Of a stretch of DNA of 64,000 nt, positions 22,837 through 35,204 are shown piece by piece. The position numbers and the translations under genes were made by a program. The notes under the pieces were generated by a model. The model saw only the letters and a program-made list of their open reading frames with translations, did not search any database and was not told where the DNA came from. Within the stretch, counting starts at the first letter, position 1; each line of letters starts with the position of its first letter. Source of the stretch: Haliotis cracherodii (lineage: Eukaryota); the NCBI RefSeq assembly GCF_022045235.1, contig NW_027266308.1, forward strand, positions 16,244,001-16,308,000, written 5' to 3'.

Positions 22837-23121
22837 GGGGGCACGGGTGGCCCAGTCGTCTAAGGCGCTGTGCAGATTCGCTGTGCAGAGTTGCGTCCCT
22901 TGGCCACGCCAGAAACATGATTGTGGGTTCGAATCCTGGTTTGCCCCGATTATGTTTCTAGGGTTGTCAGCGCCATACCCGTGCTCGTGGGTTTCACAGA
23001 AGTGGTAAACGTCTAAGACCTGCATCACTTGGGGCTTTCCTCCCACATTAAGCTGACACGCCGCGATATAACTGTAATACTGTTAAAAGCGGCGTTAAAC
23101 CCAACTCACTCACTCACTCAC
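22837..23121 (+). mobile_element. SINE family B
   Basis: Full head, core and (CTCA)n tail; TSD-like gttgcgag / gttgtgag. Confidence 0.85.
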
Positions 23122-23526
23122 TGTTGTGAGTTTATGTGCCGGGTGACACTCCATGCAATTCAGGCGACACATTTGGGGCAGCACATGAACATTAGAAGTT
23201 ACCTGAAACAACATAATATGTCTCTTCTTTGGTTTAAAAATACCCAATTGGCTGGACTCAAGGGAAAAAAAATATATTGTAGACCCAATGATTGAGGGGA
23301 TGAACTGCTTGTCATGGGTTTGAATGCCAGATTAAGCTGATAATGAGCCTTCTTTCTATTACCAGCATGGTTTGGCAAATCTTTATGTCAAGCATCACTT
23401 TAGGCTGTCATATCATTCATGATAACAAGACTTATGTACAATTTATTGTTCAATGCAGAGTTAAGCCTCACTTCACTTATCACATATACAGTGCAGTATT
23501 TTGATATCCTGTTTTTCTGTGTGGAG

Positions 23527-23674
23527 ATGTTCCCTATGGCAGCTGTGTGTGGCAACACGTCTATCGTGAAGCCGTCGGAGCGGGACCCAGGAGCCACCAT
23601 GATGCTGGTGGAGCTTGCAAAGGAGGCTGGGATGCCACCTGGTGTCATCAACGTCATCCACGGCCGACATGACT
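23527..23674 (+). CDS. ALDH6A1: ALDH6A1 exon 7 (MFPMAAVCGN...KPSE...IHGRHD)
   Basis: gtggag acceptor, gtgagc donor, 148 nt. Confidence 0.92.
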
Positions 23675-23699
23675 GTGAGCACTCGCCCCAAATACATCC

Positions 23700-24412
23700 C
23701 CAGTACCTCATGCTTGTCTCCCTAATATGTCAGAATATGTCCTCTATACCTTGGGCTTATACTTATCGCCCTATTGACATCAGAATAGATTGCCAGTACC
23801 CCATGCTTGTCTCCTATTGACATCAGAATAGGTTGCCAGTACATCATGCTTGTCTCCTTTTGACATCAGAATAGGTTGCCAGTACCCCATGCTTGTCTCC
23901 CATTGACATCAGAATAGATTGCCAGTACCCCATGCTTGTCTCCCATTGACATCAGAATAGATTGCCAGTACCCCGTGCTTGTCTCCTATTGACATCAGAA
24001 TAGGTTGCCAGTACCCCATGCTTGTCTCCTATTGACATCAGAATAGGTTGCCAGTACCCCATGCTTGTCTCCCATTGACATCAGAATAGATTGCCAGTAC
24101 CCCATGCTTGTCTCCTATTGACATCAGAATAGATTGCCAGTACCCCATGCTTGTCTCCTATTGACATCAGAATAGATTGCCAGTACCCCATGCTTGTCTC
24201 CTATTGACAGAATAGATTGCCAGTACCCCATGCTTGTCTCCTATTGACATCAGAATAGATTGCCAGTACCCCATGCTTGTCTCCTATTGACATCAGAATA
24301 GATTGCCAGTACCCCATGCTTGTCTCCTATTGACATCAGAATAGATTGCCAGTACCCCATGCTTGTCTCCTATTGACATCAGAATAGGTTGCCACTACCC
24401 CATGCTTGTCTC
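23700..24412. repeat. Minisatellite, 43-bp unit, ~15 copies
   Basis: Unit ttgacatcagaatagattgccagtaccccatgcttgtctccta. Confidence 0.95.
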
Positions 24413-24725
24413 CTTCTTTTGGAAAGAACATTGCAGAACATGAATTTGTTTAGTTCCTTGGTAACAAGGCTCACAGGTAGACACTGCATGCCAGAATTAG
24501 ATTATTGCTGGTTCAAATCCAAATTCCCTTTGATATAATTCTAGGTTTGTCACAACCATACCTTTGATCGTGGGTTCCACCAAAGTGAAATGTAGCAGAG
24601 TCCTGCCATCCTGTGAAACGAAATATGAAATAGTTTGGCCCTGTCTCCTGATCACTACTTGTCCCCCATGATGTACAGTTGACACACTTGTACATACAAG
24701 CCTACAGTGCTTCATCTTGTTTCAG

Positions 24726-24790
24726 CCGTGAACTTCATCTGTGACCATCCCGACATCAAGGCTATCTCATTTGTAGGATCCGACCAAGCA
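24726..24790 (+). CDS. ALDH6A1: ALDH6A1 exon 8 ((S)VNFICDHPDIKAISFVGSDQA)
   Basis: tttcag / gtaagt, 65 nt; NAD-binding SFVGS motif. Confidence 0.95.
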
Positions 24791-24982
24791 GTAAGTGAAT
24801 GTTAAAGGAAAACAGGCTCTGCACCCACTCTGTCACATACCTTCTGGCCAACTTTAGGATGTGTATCCCCTTAATGGCTTTACCAGATGCTTTTTCATCC
24901 TATACACATTCAAATTGAGAATTGATGCAAATAGATTACAGTGCAGGACACTATGGCAACTTGACCACTATAAATCTGGGAA

Positions 24983-27900
24983 TTTCAGATTAAATCCTCC
25001 TTGGGGCACTTATTGCATTTTCCTTGCTCAAGAAAATCTACATGACATAGTTGTAACCATTTTTCCTTAATAAAAAATGTTACCACACAAAAAACTTCGT
25101 TTTTGTATGATATACGACCACCTTTACAGTGCCTCACCCTCTACGGCGCCCCACGCAAAGGGGAGTAACTCTCACCCAAATCACTTTCCTTATGTCATTC
25201 GACTGCACAAAACGTCTGATTTTTCAAGAAAGTTTTCAAAAAGAACCTAATCGTTCACTGAGAAGACCATGACTGACCAAACTGTATGTATGGTACATTT
25301 CTTTCCTTGCAAATGCGTAATACCTCGCATTTCTTTTTTACAGACCCAGGACCAGCACCCTAGCTGCCTGAAGTGTTTGGCAGAAGAGGGGCATGTCTAA
25401 AAAGGGTTAAAAGGCTAAATCAACGCCTTCTGCTACTGTCTCCTCCGCCCCTTCTCTGAGGGCTCGAGGGTCCCCGAGGCACCTACACCTGCACCCTATT
25501 TGGCAGATATTTCTCCTCTACTAAAGTCACAGATGGCGTCGATGATGAAGGAGGTTTAGTCCCAACTTCTAGAGACGCTGCGGGCTGGGCCTTCCCCATT
25601 GTCGGCGCCGGACGTGGCCTCGAGGCCCTGTGGAATGCCCAGCGTCAGCTGAGGCAGGCCACTTGGTCTCTGGGACGATCAGAGACCGGGCTTCGGCTCC
25701 GCCTTGAGGTCGCCCCAGCTGGCTCGTTCAATTCCTCCGCACCATTTTCCCTAGTGGAGCCAGACGCCTTTTCCGAGGCCGAGGCTTCCACTGGTGGATC
25801 TGTGGCCCAGAGCCAGGTGGGTCCCCTTGAACCTCGGGACAGGGACTCGGCTTTGGGCTTCGGCTTCGGGCGTCCTCTTCCTGTCTCGTCCGCTACCTCT
25901 CTCGAGGATGAGTCGATTACAGTCTGCTCGGAATCGAGAGAGGAGGAGTGGATGGAGGAGGGAGGGGATGACTCGGAGGCTTCGGGGACATTCTCCCTTG
26001 TATCCTCGTTGAGGCACTTACGGGACAGGATCGTCCAGGTACTGCCTCAGGTGGCTGCGCCCATGCCCGCATCGGATCCGACTGAGTTCCGCCTTCCGGG
26101 GGACGCCTTCGCTCCTAGCAAGGCGCCCCAGGTGCGGCTCTGCATTTTGTCCTCCTTGGCACACGAGGTCATCGATCCTCTGCTTTCGGGTGCTGGCAGG
26201 AAGTTTGACCTGCCCGAACTTATTAAGCGGTACCCGTTAGCTGAGGACGGTGATTTCGAGGTTCCAGTGGTCGACGAATGCGTATGGACTTCTGTCACCC
26301 TGGGGGGGGTCTTCGAGCCCCACCTTGGCAAAGGCCAAGCAGAACCGGCTGTTGCCCCCCTTTCCCATGTACGGTGCAGAGCTGAAGGCTGCTTACGTTT
26401 GCTTCGAGGAGCAATACCATAATGCATGCCAACAGCTTCGCGTCTCCATACACTCCGCCTATCTGTCTGCAGTACAGAGGGAGGTGACTCCTGCTGACTC
26501 CTCGGAGTTGGCTGCACAACTGATGGAAGTCCATAGCCATCTCTCGCAGGACGCTATTCGTAGCTGTGGCTCGCAGATATTGTGCGCTGTCATGGGCATG
26601 CGCAGGCTGTGGATGTCGGTGTCTAAGTACTCGGCATCCCAAGCCTGGACCTCCTAGCTTTGCCTTATAAGATGGGTGCCACCCTCTTCCCTGGGGCTCA
26701 ACAGGTAGTCCGTGAGGCCGCTCAGTTGTACGCTTCAATCAAGGACTCTAAGGCCTTGTTGGAGGTACCTAGCGCTAAGCCGCATAAGCGGACCTCTCCC
26801 CTTGACTCTTCCCATGCTGGCACGCCGGATCAGAAGTCTGCACCTGCTTGGAAGCAGCCGCTTCCTTCAGGTAAAGGCGCAGGGAGAGCCAAGGGCCGGG
26901 GCAAGGCGGCTGGTCGAGGCCAGCAGCCTTTTCGCGGGTCCGGGAACCCATTAGCACCCGAAGAGCCCCGGGTGGACCCACAGTCACCAGTTCTCGAACT
27001 GCAGACAGCCGGGACCCACTGCCTCAAACCGGATGTCCCCGTAGGCGGCCGACTGGCTCTATTCCTCAAGGAATGGGAAACAGTTACATCCAATCCCTGG
27101 ACCCTGTCCACTATCAGGGATGGCCATTTTCCTTGGTGGAAACACCATCCGCCCCCATTCTCCGGCATAAAGCACACTCCGGTGCCTGCTACCCCAGAGA
27201 AGGCGGAGTTCCTCCGTACCGAGGTCGACGCACTTCTTATGAAAGCTGCGATCAAACCGGTTCCCAAGGGACAGGAAAACGAGGGCTTCTACTCGACGTA
27301 TTTCCTAGTCACCAAAAAAGACGGAGGGTTCAGACCTATTCTCAATCTGAGAAGGCTGAACAAACATATAGAAGTACCGTCCTTCAGGATGAGACACTGC
27401 GCTCAGTGGTCTCAGCATTCGAGACAGGAGAATGGCTAACGTCAATAGACCTAAAAGACGCCTATCTCCACGTACCCATACACCCCGAGTTCAAGAAATA
27501 CCTGAGGTTTTCTTTCGACGGGAGGTGTTATCAGTTCAGGGTTCTACCATTCGGGATCTCCACGGCCCCGAGGGTGGTCACCAAGCTGATGTTGATTCCT
27601 GCCCAAGTGGACAGGTCAAAAGGTCGGTTCTGCCATCCATACCTCGACGACTGGTTACTAAGAGCTCTATCGCAATCCCTGAGTGAGATAGCTACACAAC
27701 AAGTGATAGACATTCTGATCACTCTAGGGTGGATAGTCCATCTCAAGAAGTCAGATCTGAGCCCTACTCAGAATCTTGTCTTCCTAGGGGCAAACTTCAA
27801 CACAGTGAGCGGACTTGTATCTCAATCACAAGATTGCATAGTCAAGGTCAGAAGTGTTACTTCCCAGTTCCTTCTGTCCACAAGACACACTGCTCGTACA

Positions 27901-28492
27901 TGGCTCCAGTTACTGGGCAACATGGTGGCGACTGGATGTTGTTTGGCGGGCGCGCTTGAGAATGAGACCCATTCAACAAGCGCTCCGTCGAATTTGGGTG
28001 AACTCGGAAGATCTCGAGACTGTTCTCGAGACTCCGCAGTGGCTTATTACACACCTTCAGTGGTGGACCGAGGTCAGGAGATCAAACTGCACATCAATTC
28101 CTAGATTATCTTTAGGAGTCTATCTTGATGCAATAAGTGCCCCAAGGAGGATTTAAGCTGAAAGAGAATTTTACAAACCGGTAGAGGTTATGAATTCTCT
28201 GATGAAATCCTCCTTGGGGCACGGACACCCACCTCCGCACATTCCGTCAGCATTAGACATATGGAAAGTGATTTGGGTGAGAGTTACTCCCCTTGGTCCG
28301 GGGCGCGGTGGAGGGTGAGGCAATGTAAAGGTGTATATCATACAAAAACGAAGTTTTTTGTGTGGTAACATTTTTTATTAAGGAAAAATGGTTACAACTA
28401 TGTCATGTAGATTTTCTTGAGCAAGGAAAATGCAATAAGTGCCCCAAGGAGGATTTCATCAGAGAATTCATAACCTCTACAGGTTTGTAAAA
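24983..28492 (+). mobile_element. DIRS1-type retrotransposon #2, internally deleted after RT
   Basis: ITRs ~24983-25196 and ~28256-28492; ICR 28128-28222 is complementary to both ends. Gag Zn-finger remnant (DQHPSCLKCL, ~25350-25380). Confidence 0.9.
27030..28085 (+). pseudogene. DIRS reverse transcriptase, frameshifted (~27390, ~27935) and truncated
   Basis: PVGGRL..W..G, GFYSTYFLVTKKDGGFRPILNL, then IDLKDAYLHVPI, LPFGISTAP and YLDDW in a second frame; no RNase H or tyrosine recombinase follows. Confidence 0.88.
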
Positions 28493-28613
28493 GTTTTACG
28501 CCATGAAATACTGCAAGTGGCTAACAATAGCCTTAACTGCATCTGGAACGTTTTGCAACACCCTGTAGAGATTACCAAAGGTTAAAGCTGCTTTTGCGGG
28601 TGTTATATTTGAT

Positions 28614-31600
28614 AATTGTTTTACTTATCCTGCATTACTCCCTAATGCTTTCACTGCTTACCTTCAGACAATAAGGACAGCGCAACTGCAAAGGTCTTGG
28701 GTTAAGAAATAAAGTTGTTGTTCTGAAGTCCCTTTACTGACCTTCCGTCTTCACATCACTGCTTGTCGCAATACAGCTAGGACGTGTCCCAGCAGAGCTC
28801 TCCTTTTGGATTAATTTAGACCTTCAGTTTTTGTCTACAATCCTAAAATTGATCTGCGATGGGTGATGTATTCTTTTCATATTACTTTCACCATGTTGTA
28901 TAGTTTTATATGAATTAATTAGGCGTGAAAAGACTCTTGTCTTTTTTCCTGCCACATATTTGTTGTTCGCCGCCATTTTGAATTGTGTTACAATTGTTTG
29001 CTTGCCAAGGTAGTCAAATTGTTTACAATTCTCAGCTATGCATTTATAACCTATTCTTGTGTTCTTAAATACTACTAGCTTTGGCGTAACAGTGAGTTGG
29101 ATATATATATATTATTGTATACACTTTCAACTCGTTAAAAATATGTTTGCCGATAGATTAATAGCAAATCTACGGCCTTCTTCCAGTCCCACTTCATCAA
29201 CAATTCTTTAATTGCATTCCTATGTTTGCGCGATTTTACTGATTGTGGAAAAAATCTTACCAAGAATATCATCCACGCATATGTGTTCGTCAAAATCTAA
29301 AAGTAAATAGCCTTAGTTTACATTGACTTGAGTGTAGTTGAGTTGAGTATTGTATACACTTTCAAGTCGTATTTTTGCCGATAGATTATTGTTCACTTCT
29401 ACGGGATTCTTCCAGAACCATTTCTTCAACAATGGTTTAATTGTGTAACTTATGCTTGCGCTTTGTACATATTGTCATGGAATAAATTGTTGGGTTCGGT
29501 CATTACCACCCAACCGTTATTATCAGCGGGTAATATGATGCCCGTAACTATGACTGCAGAAGTGCACCCTCCTCCGAAATCATCAATACCGGAGGATTTT
29601 GTGAGTATCGAAACTGCTCCCAATTTTCAGCCGCCAGGCACATCCAGACCTGTTAAATCTGTGACGTCGGCGACAGCACCAGCATCTCAAGACGCTATGA
29701 TGGGGATAGCACAGACGCAAGCCATGGTCCAGTCAATACCTTTGAGCTTTGTGTCTCAGTCACCTGCGCCGAGCGCAGCGCCTGACTACTACCCAAGCGC
29801 CTCTATTACGAAGACGACGCACGATCAGCTTAGCGCTGTTCCAATCATTCCCATACGCTAATTGGGCAATGGTCCAAGTGCTTCTACAATGATCCAGTCA
29901 TCACTGATGAGCCTTGTCTCATAGACCTGCGCTGACCGCACCAATCAAGGTCTCTACAATGACGTCAGCCCAAGGGCTTACAGTGTACTCGGTTACCCAA
30001 CCAGCACATGATCAGCTTAGCGATGTTCCAACATCCTTGGCACAAGTGTAAGCGCCCACACCTGCGCCTAACAAATACCAAATACCTAATTTGTTTTCTG
30101 GTACAGCATACATCGCTGGGCAGCGAGTACAGGAACATCGCCACATGACACATGACTTTCCAGGCGGGTCATCAAAGCCTGTGGAGATGGAGAAGGCACT
30201 ACGAACCGGAGCAGATCACCGGCTTAGCACAAGTAACCGATTGGGTAGCAGACCATCTCGTGTAAGTAACGCCCTCCCCTGGTAACGGGGTAAATAAGGA
30301 AGACACCACGAGATCATTGGAGGAAGACTTCTCCAAACTCACATTTGCTTAGTCATTTAAGCCACCAACATCGTCAATGTTTGCCGTGGATCAGGATCTA
30401 TCAGAGGATAATTAACCCTATCTGATTAGATCACTTCCAAACTATGGTGATTTTCCTACAGCGTCAGATTGACCACAGGAAAATTCATCTTGAGCCCGCC
30501 CTGGCGGAGATTACCGTTACACCCAGACTGTACAATGTTTCCAACTGGGATTCTGGTTTCAAGGGCAGGCTTCTACGTCAACCCTGGTCATCAACTCCCG
30601 TGTTCAATGAACAGATCGCAGACACGCATGCCAAGTTTCCAAAATGACACTGTGCTCAAGAGTCTAGTGCACGTCTCTTATAGTCTATCCCAGCGGGCTG
30701 GCAAGTCGGGCAATTACAAGCCTAGACGCACCTCTCTCAAGGAAGACCTTATTCCCTTACTGGGAAAGGGCCTGGCAGAGACAAGTCTCAAGGATAATTA
30801 CGTACTCATTGTACTATGTCATGGTTTCCGTATACACGTAGAGGTAACTCCACCGTTGACCACAGTTTGATTTGGAAAATCCAACATAGACATACTGTTG
30901 GTAAGAAGAGCTGTAGAGTTGGTTCACAACCCAGTCTTTACACCGGGGTTCTCCCCTCACATCTGCCTGGTACTCATGAAGGACCCAGACAAGATGAGAA
31001 TGTTACACAATCTCTCCGTGTTCAACGAATGTTATCTGAAGCGTCCACATTATTGCTGGCTCACCAAGTTGAGACCTCTCATAATCAACATTTGATTCTT
31101 GATCAGTCTCGACTATCCATCCCAACCGTAGACTCCCCAGGTCCAGTTCAATTGGGTTCACTGCCATTGGCCAGTGTTCCAAATTGGCATGTCAGTGACC
31201 CTATGGCTATTTACAGGAGAATTGAAGCCAATAACTGCGTACCTACACTTGACGAACACTTGGTTCGAGTCGTAGATGGATGATGATCTACTGTGTCATC
31301 AACACATCAATGTTAGTAAGCCACCTGGAATTCACCAGGCAGACGGCTACTATATCTTTTCAACTGGGATGGATGATCATCGAGGTGAAGTCTGGAGTTA
31401 TCTCCTTCCTGTCAGCTTCAGTTCCTTGGAGGCCTGTTCCAGACAGATCAGGACAGATGTACCGAGGGACAGATAGCACAAGATTCTACGCCTGTTGTCA
31501 TCTGCTCTACACCAACCACACACGCTTCATTAATGGCAAGTGTTGCTAGGGTTACTCACCTCGGCACAGGATGTAACTAGCATGGGCCTCTTACAACTGC

Positions 31601-34228
31601 GACCAATTCATCTTTTCCTGAACCCTTACATCAGGAGTCAGGATCCACTCAAGGCCATCACTCTACCAGCTAAACTAGGGCCTTACCTCAGTGGTAGTGT
31701 TGAATGTCTTCGGAGTCTCTTTATTCGTTTTTTCCTTGAATATAGACCTATTCGTGGACGCCCTCCCCTTCAGGGGTGGGGTGTTCACTGACAAGACCAG
31801 ATAACCTCAGGGTTATGGTCCGGCGCTCAGTGAGAGGCACACAAACAACTTGGAGTTGGAAGCTTTAATTCTGGCTATATCACACTGGCAGAATCAACTA
31901 CAGTCAACTCAACTTGCAATATCCACAGACAACAGCACTGCGGTGTGGTGCCTGCGCAATCAGGGAACAACGCACTCCCACTCCCTGCTTCAACAGACAT
32001 TCAGGTTTTTCTATCTAGTGGATCGGCTGCAACTACAGTTCATAGTTCAGCTCATCCCCGGATGTCAAAACATACATCCAGACAGGGTGGCTCACACCGA
32101 GTGGAAACTTCTCACAGAAGCATTCCAGTTACTGCTTCAGAAGTTCAGGCAACCAAACTTTGATTTGTTTCTTACTTGCCTAGACCAATAACTCATGACA
32201 TCTGCAGACTTGGGCAGTGGACAAGTTCAGTATCTCTTGGGAAGGGCTAAAAGCATACGCTTTTCCGCCACCATACAGGGGATCAAGAAGGCAAAGTATC
32301 TTGCTCTCACCTTGGTCGCGCCCTGGTGACCAGCGAGAGGGTGTTCCTTGAGCACAGAAAAATCTTGGCGAAGACGATCCACTACCCCTCCAACAGAGGT
32401 CCAACCTACTCATCCACCCTCACAGCAAATTGCCTCACCCAACGTCTGCACGCATGGTTCGTCTTTAAGAGGCATTTAAGTGCGAAGGGTTATTTTGGCA
32501 CAGGCAGCAAAGCTATAGCTTTAATTCATCATTGCTCTCCCAGAGGACTATACGATGACAAGAAGGGATCATTTGAGACTTTTTGCAAGGCAAAAGAATC
32601 AAGACCCTACAATTGCGTCACAACAATTCCTAGCGGAAAACCTAATACATTTGCGTACCCAAAGACACTTGGAAGGTACCACCATTACTACGTAATTGGC
32701 TGCACTTAACTCAGTGTTGGCTGTTCCATAAAATCACAAGGTGATTAAGGTCACTTAACTACAGGAACTATTTCGCTCATTCAGGCTTGAGTATCAGAAG
32801 GCAAAATTCCGCCGACCTGCTTGGGACTTGAATGTGGTACTTCGAGCCCTTCTGTGCATCCTCATTTTATGACCTCACCAAGAAAACAATGGTTTCTCTT
32901 GGCATTAGCAATGGCGGCACAGGTGAGCAAACTACATATCATTGACACCTGCCGGGTCCTTTTGAGCATGGGACGCACGGAGCGGTACATCTGGGGTTAT
33001 GCTGGGATTTTATTGCTAAAATCAACTACCAGGCCAACCTGACCGTTCCTTCACCATCCCACCAATATTGACCATTGTGGGAGCCGTACATGAAGGGGAA
33101 GTTCTTCTGGGCTCGGTGCGAGCAGTTTGAGTTTTCTTTCGCCACTCCAAGACTAAGTGTGGTTTGAGGAAACGGTTATTTATACCCATGTTTACTACGT
33201 TCATGACCGAATTTGGTCGCAAACACCATATCTCTATGGTTGCACACAGTCATCCGTCAGACCTTCGAGATGCCAAAACGGAATCCGCCGAGAGCGAATT
33301 ACCCTCACAATCCCAAGGTGTTACCCTTACCATGGCTCTACACGGCAGTTGTTTCATTAGAACAATAACGGAAGGATATTTCTGGAGGTTCAACAGTTTT
33401 CATTAGTCATTATCTTCGCATTGTGGCTCTCGAGGACGTCGAAGGCGTGCGAAGTTTGGCCCTTTGGTTGTAACCCAGCATGTAACACCCCCGACACAAA
33501 TATTGAACTCGCCCTATACAGAGCCAGCCTACTCCCATGTTTAGTCACTCAGTTGCCGCCACTGGAAGAATATTAGACAATCCTGTTTGTCAACAACGGC
33601 TCTATGACATAGTAAGTAAAGAATTAGCTGATTAGCTATTATTTTCTTTATTACTAAATGTGTATAGGGATTTTCTCTTTAATTCCTAAGTTCAATCGTT
33701 TTGATATTTGAACAACCCAACCATAATGGCGTTTTTCGGAACTTTTCCGCTTCACAGTTTATCGACCAACTGGTGTCGTATTGCAGGGTGTGAATTATTC
33801 AGGGTTCTGTATTCTGAAGGTTTACCCACCTCCAAACCGTCCGATACAGATGAATTAAGGAGTAATGGAGGCTGAGTAAAAAAATTAGTAAAATCTAAAT
33901 ATTTTTTACATTGGTATACTTATCCTGCATTACTACATTTAAGGCCCACCTGTCGCAGACTTGCCTCCCCACTTTGGTTTCAGAAACCTCAAAAGTATGT
34001 TTTTCTAAGAGCTTGGGCGACAGGTAGTGATGTGAAGATGACCTTAGTTGTCATCAAGGTCACAGGACAGAGCCGGAAGCTCAATAAAAGGACTTCAGAA
34101 CAACAACTTTATTTCTTCACCCAGGACCTTCGCAGCGCTGTCCTTCTTGTTGTCGTAATGTAAGCAGTGAATGCATTAGGGAGTAATGCAGGATAAGTAT
34201 ACAAATGTAAAAAATATTAAGGTTTTAC
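28614..34228 (+). mobile_element. DIRS1-type retrotransposon #3, full-length but heavily degenerate
   Basis: ITRs ~28614-28770 and ~34015-34228; ICR ~33858-33934. Remnants of RT (~30700-31450), RNase H (LELEA...STDNSTAV...NQG, ~31850-32070), methyltransferase-like region (DLF..., YAFPP) and tyrosine recombinase (WDLNVVL, FLLALA, RLFI). Confidence 0.85.
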
Positions 34229-35005
34229 GAAGTAGGAAGCGACATGATGAAATGGTAACTCAGTGTCAGTCAGTGAGATTTAGACTATAATGCATGTGTT
34301 GTTGTAGTTGACATGGAAGGTAGTAAAGCGTGTTTATCTAACAGTTTAGATTGCGTATCAGTCGGTGTTGTGTCAACAACTTGTCCAGATGTGGCAGGTA
34401 GGTGATCTTAGACTAATTAGAGTATTGACACTGAGTGACCACGTGTAATTAGGGAAACAGGATGTGGGGGATTATTTGTTTAATCATGTACTGGCTGGTT
34501 TGACAATGTGTGGAAGTGAATAAAGAAGTATGCCTCATTTCGTCTTTTCTTTGTGGTTGGTCTGCAAAAGTAACTCTCATCATGAAAGCATTGTGTCGCT
34601 CGCAGATTTTGCAGTACTTTCCTGCTTGTAAAACTTTCAAGGTTTACAGTAATTAAATTTATGTAACACTGATGTTTCCATTTTGGTAAAAAATATACTT
34701 CAAACTTTAGGGTGTCAGTGGTTTGATTTCCAGCTATGTTACACTGAAATCCCATTTCTGGAACCAGAAACCTAAGATTCTCGTTTTGAATCCAAGATCT
34801 GCCCTGATTATGGTTCTAGGTTTGTCGGCTCCGACATGCTCCTGACATGCGATGATGTCACCAGAATATTATTCACTCACTCCTCTCTCATCTATGATAT
34901 AAACATTTGTGGCTATCTCTGTTATACCATAAGCATCACTTTGTATTTCATGCAAGTATCTCACCTTTCAAGTTTCAGACTGTATGACTGCTCTTGTTTT
35001 ACCAG

Positions 35006-35062
35006 GGTCAGTACATCTATGAGAGAGGATCACGGAACGGTAAACGGGTGCAATCAAACATG
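35006..35062 (+). CDS. ALDH6A1: ALDH6A1 exon 9 (GQYIYERGSRNGKRVQSNM)
   Basis: taccag / gtaact, 57 nt. Confidence 0.93.
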
Positions 35063-35204
35063 GTAACTATAACGGAATGAGAGCAAATATTGATGTCAAG
35101 TGCAGTTCTCGGTAGAAAAATTTCATGTGGTTAGGCAACAAATTTGTTATTTCCTGTTTTAGGTATATTAGTCCAGAGCTGATGGATAAGATAACTACAA
35201 ACTA

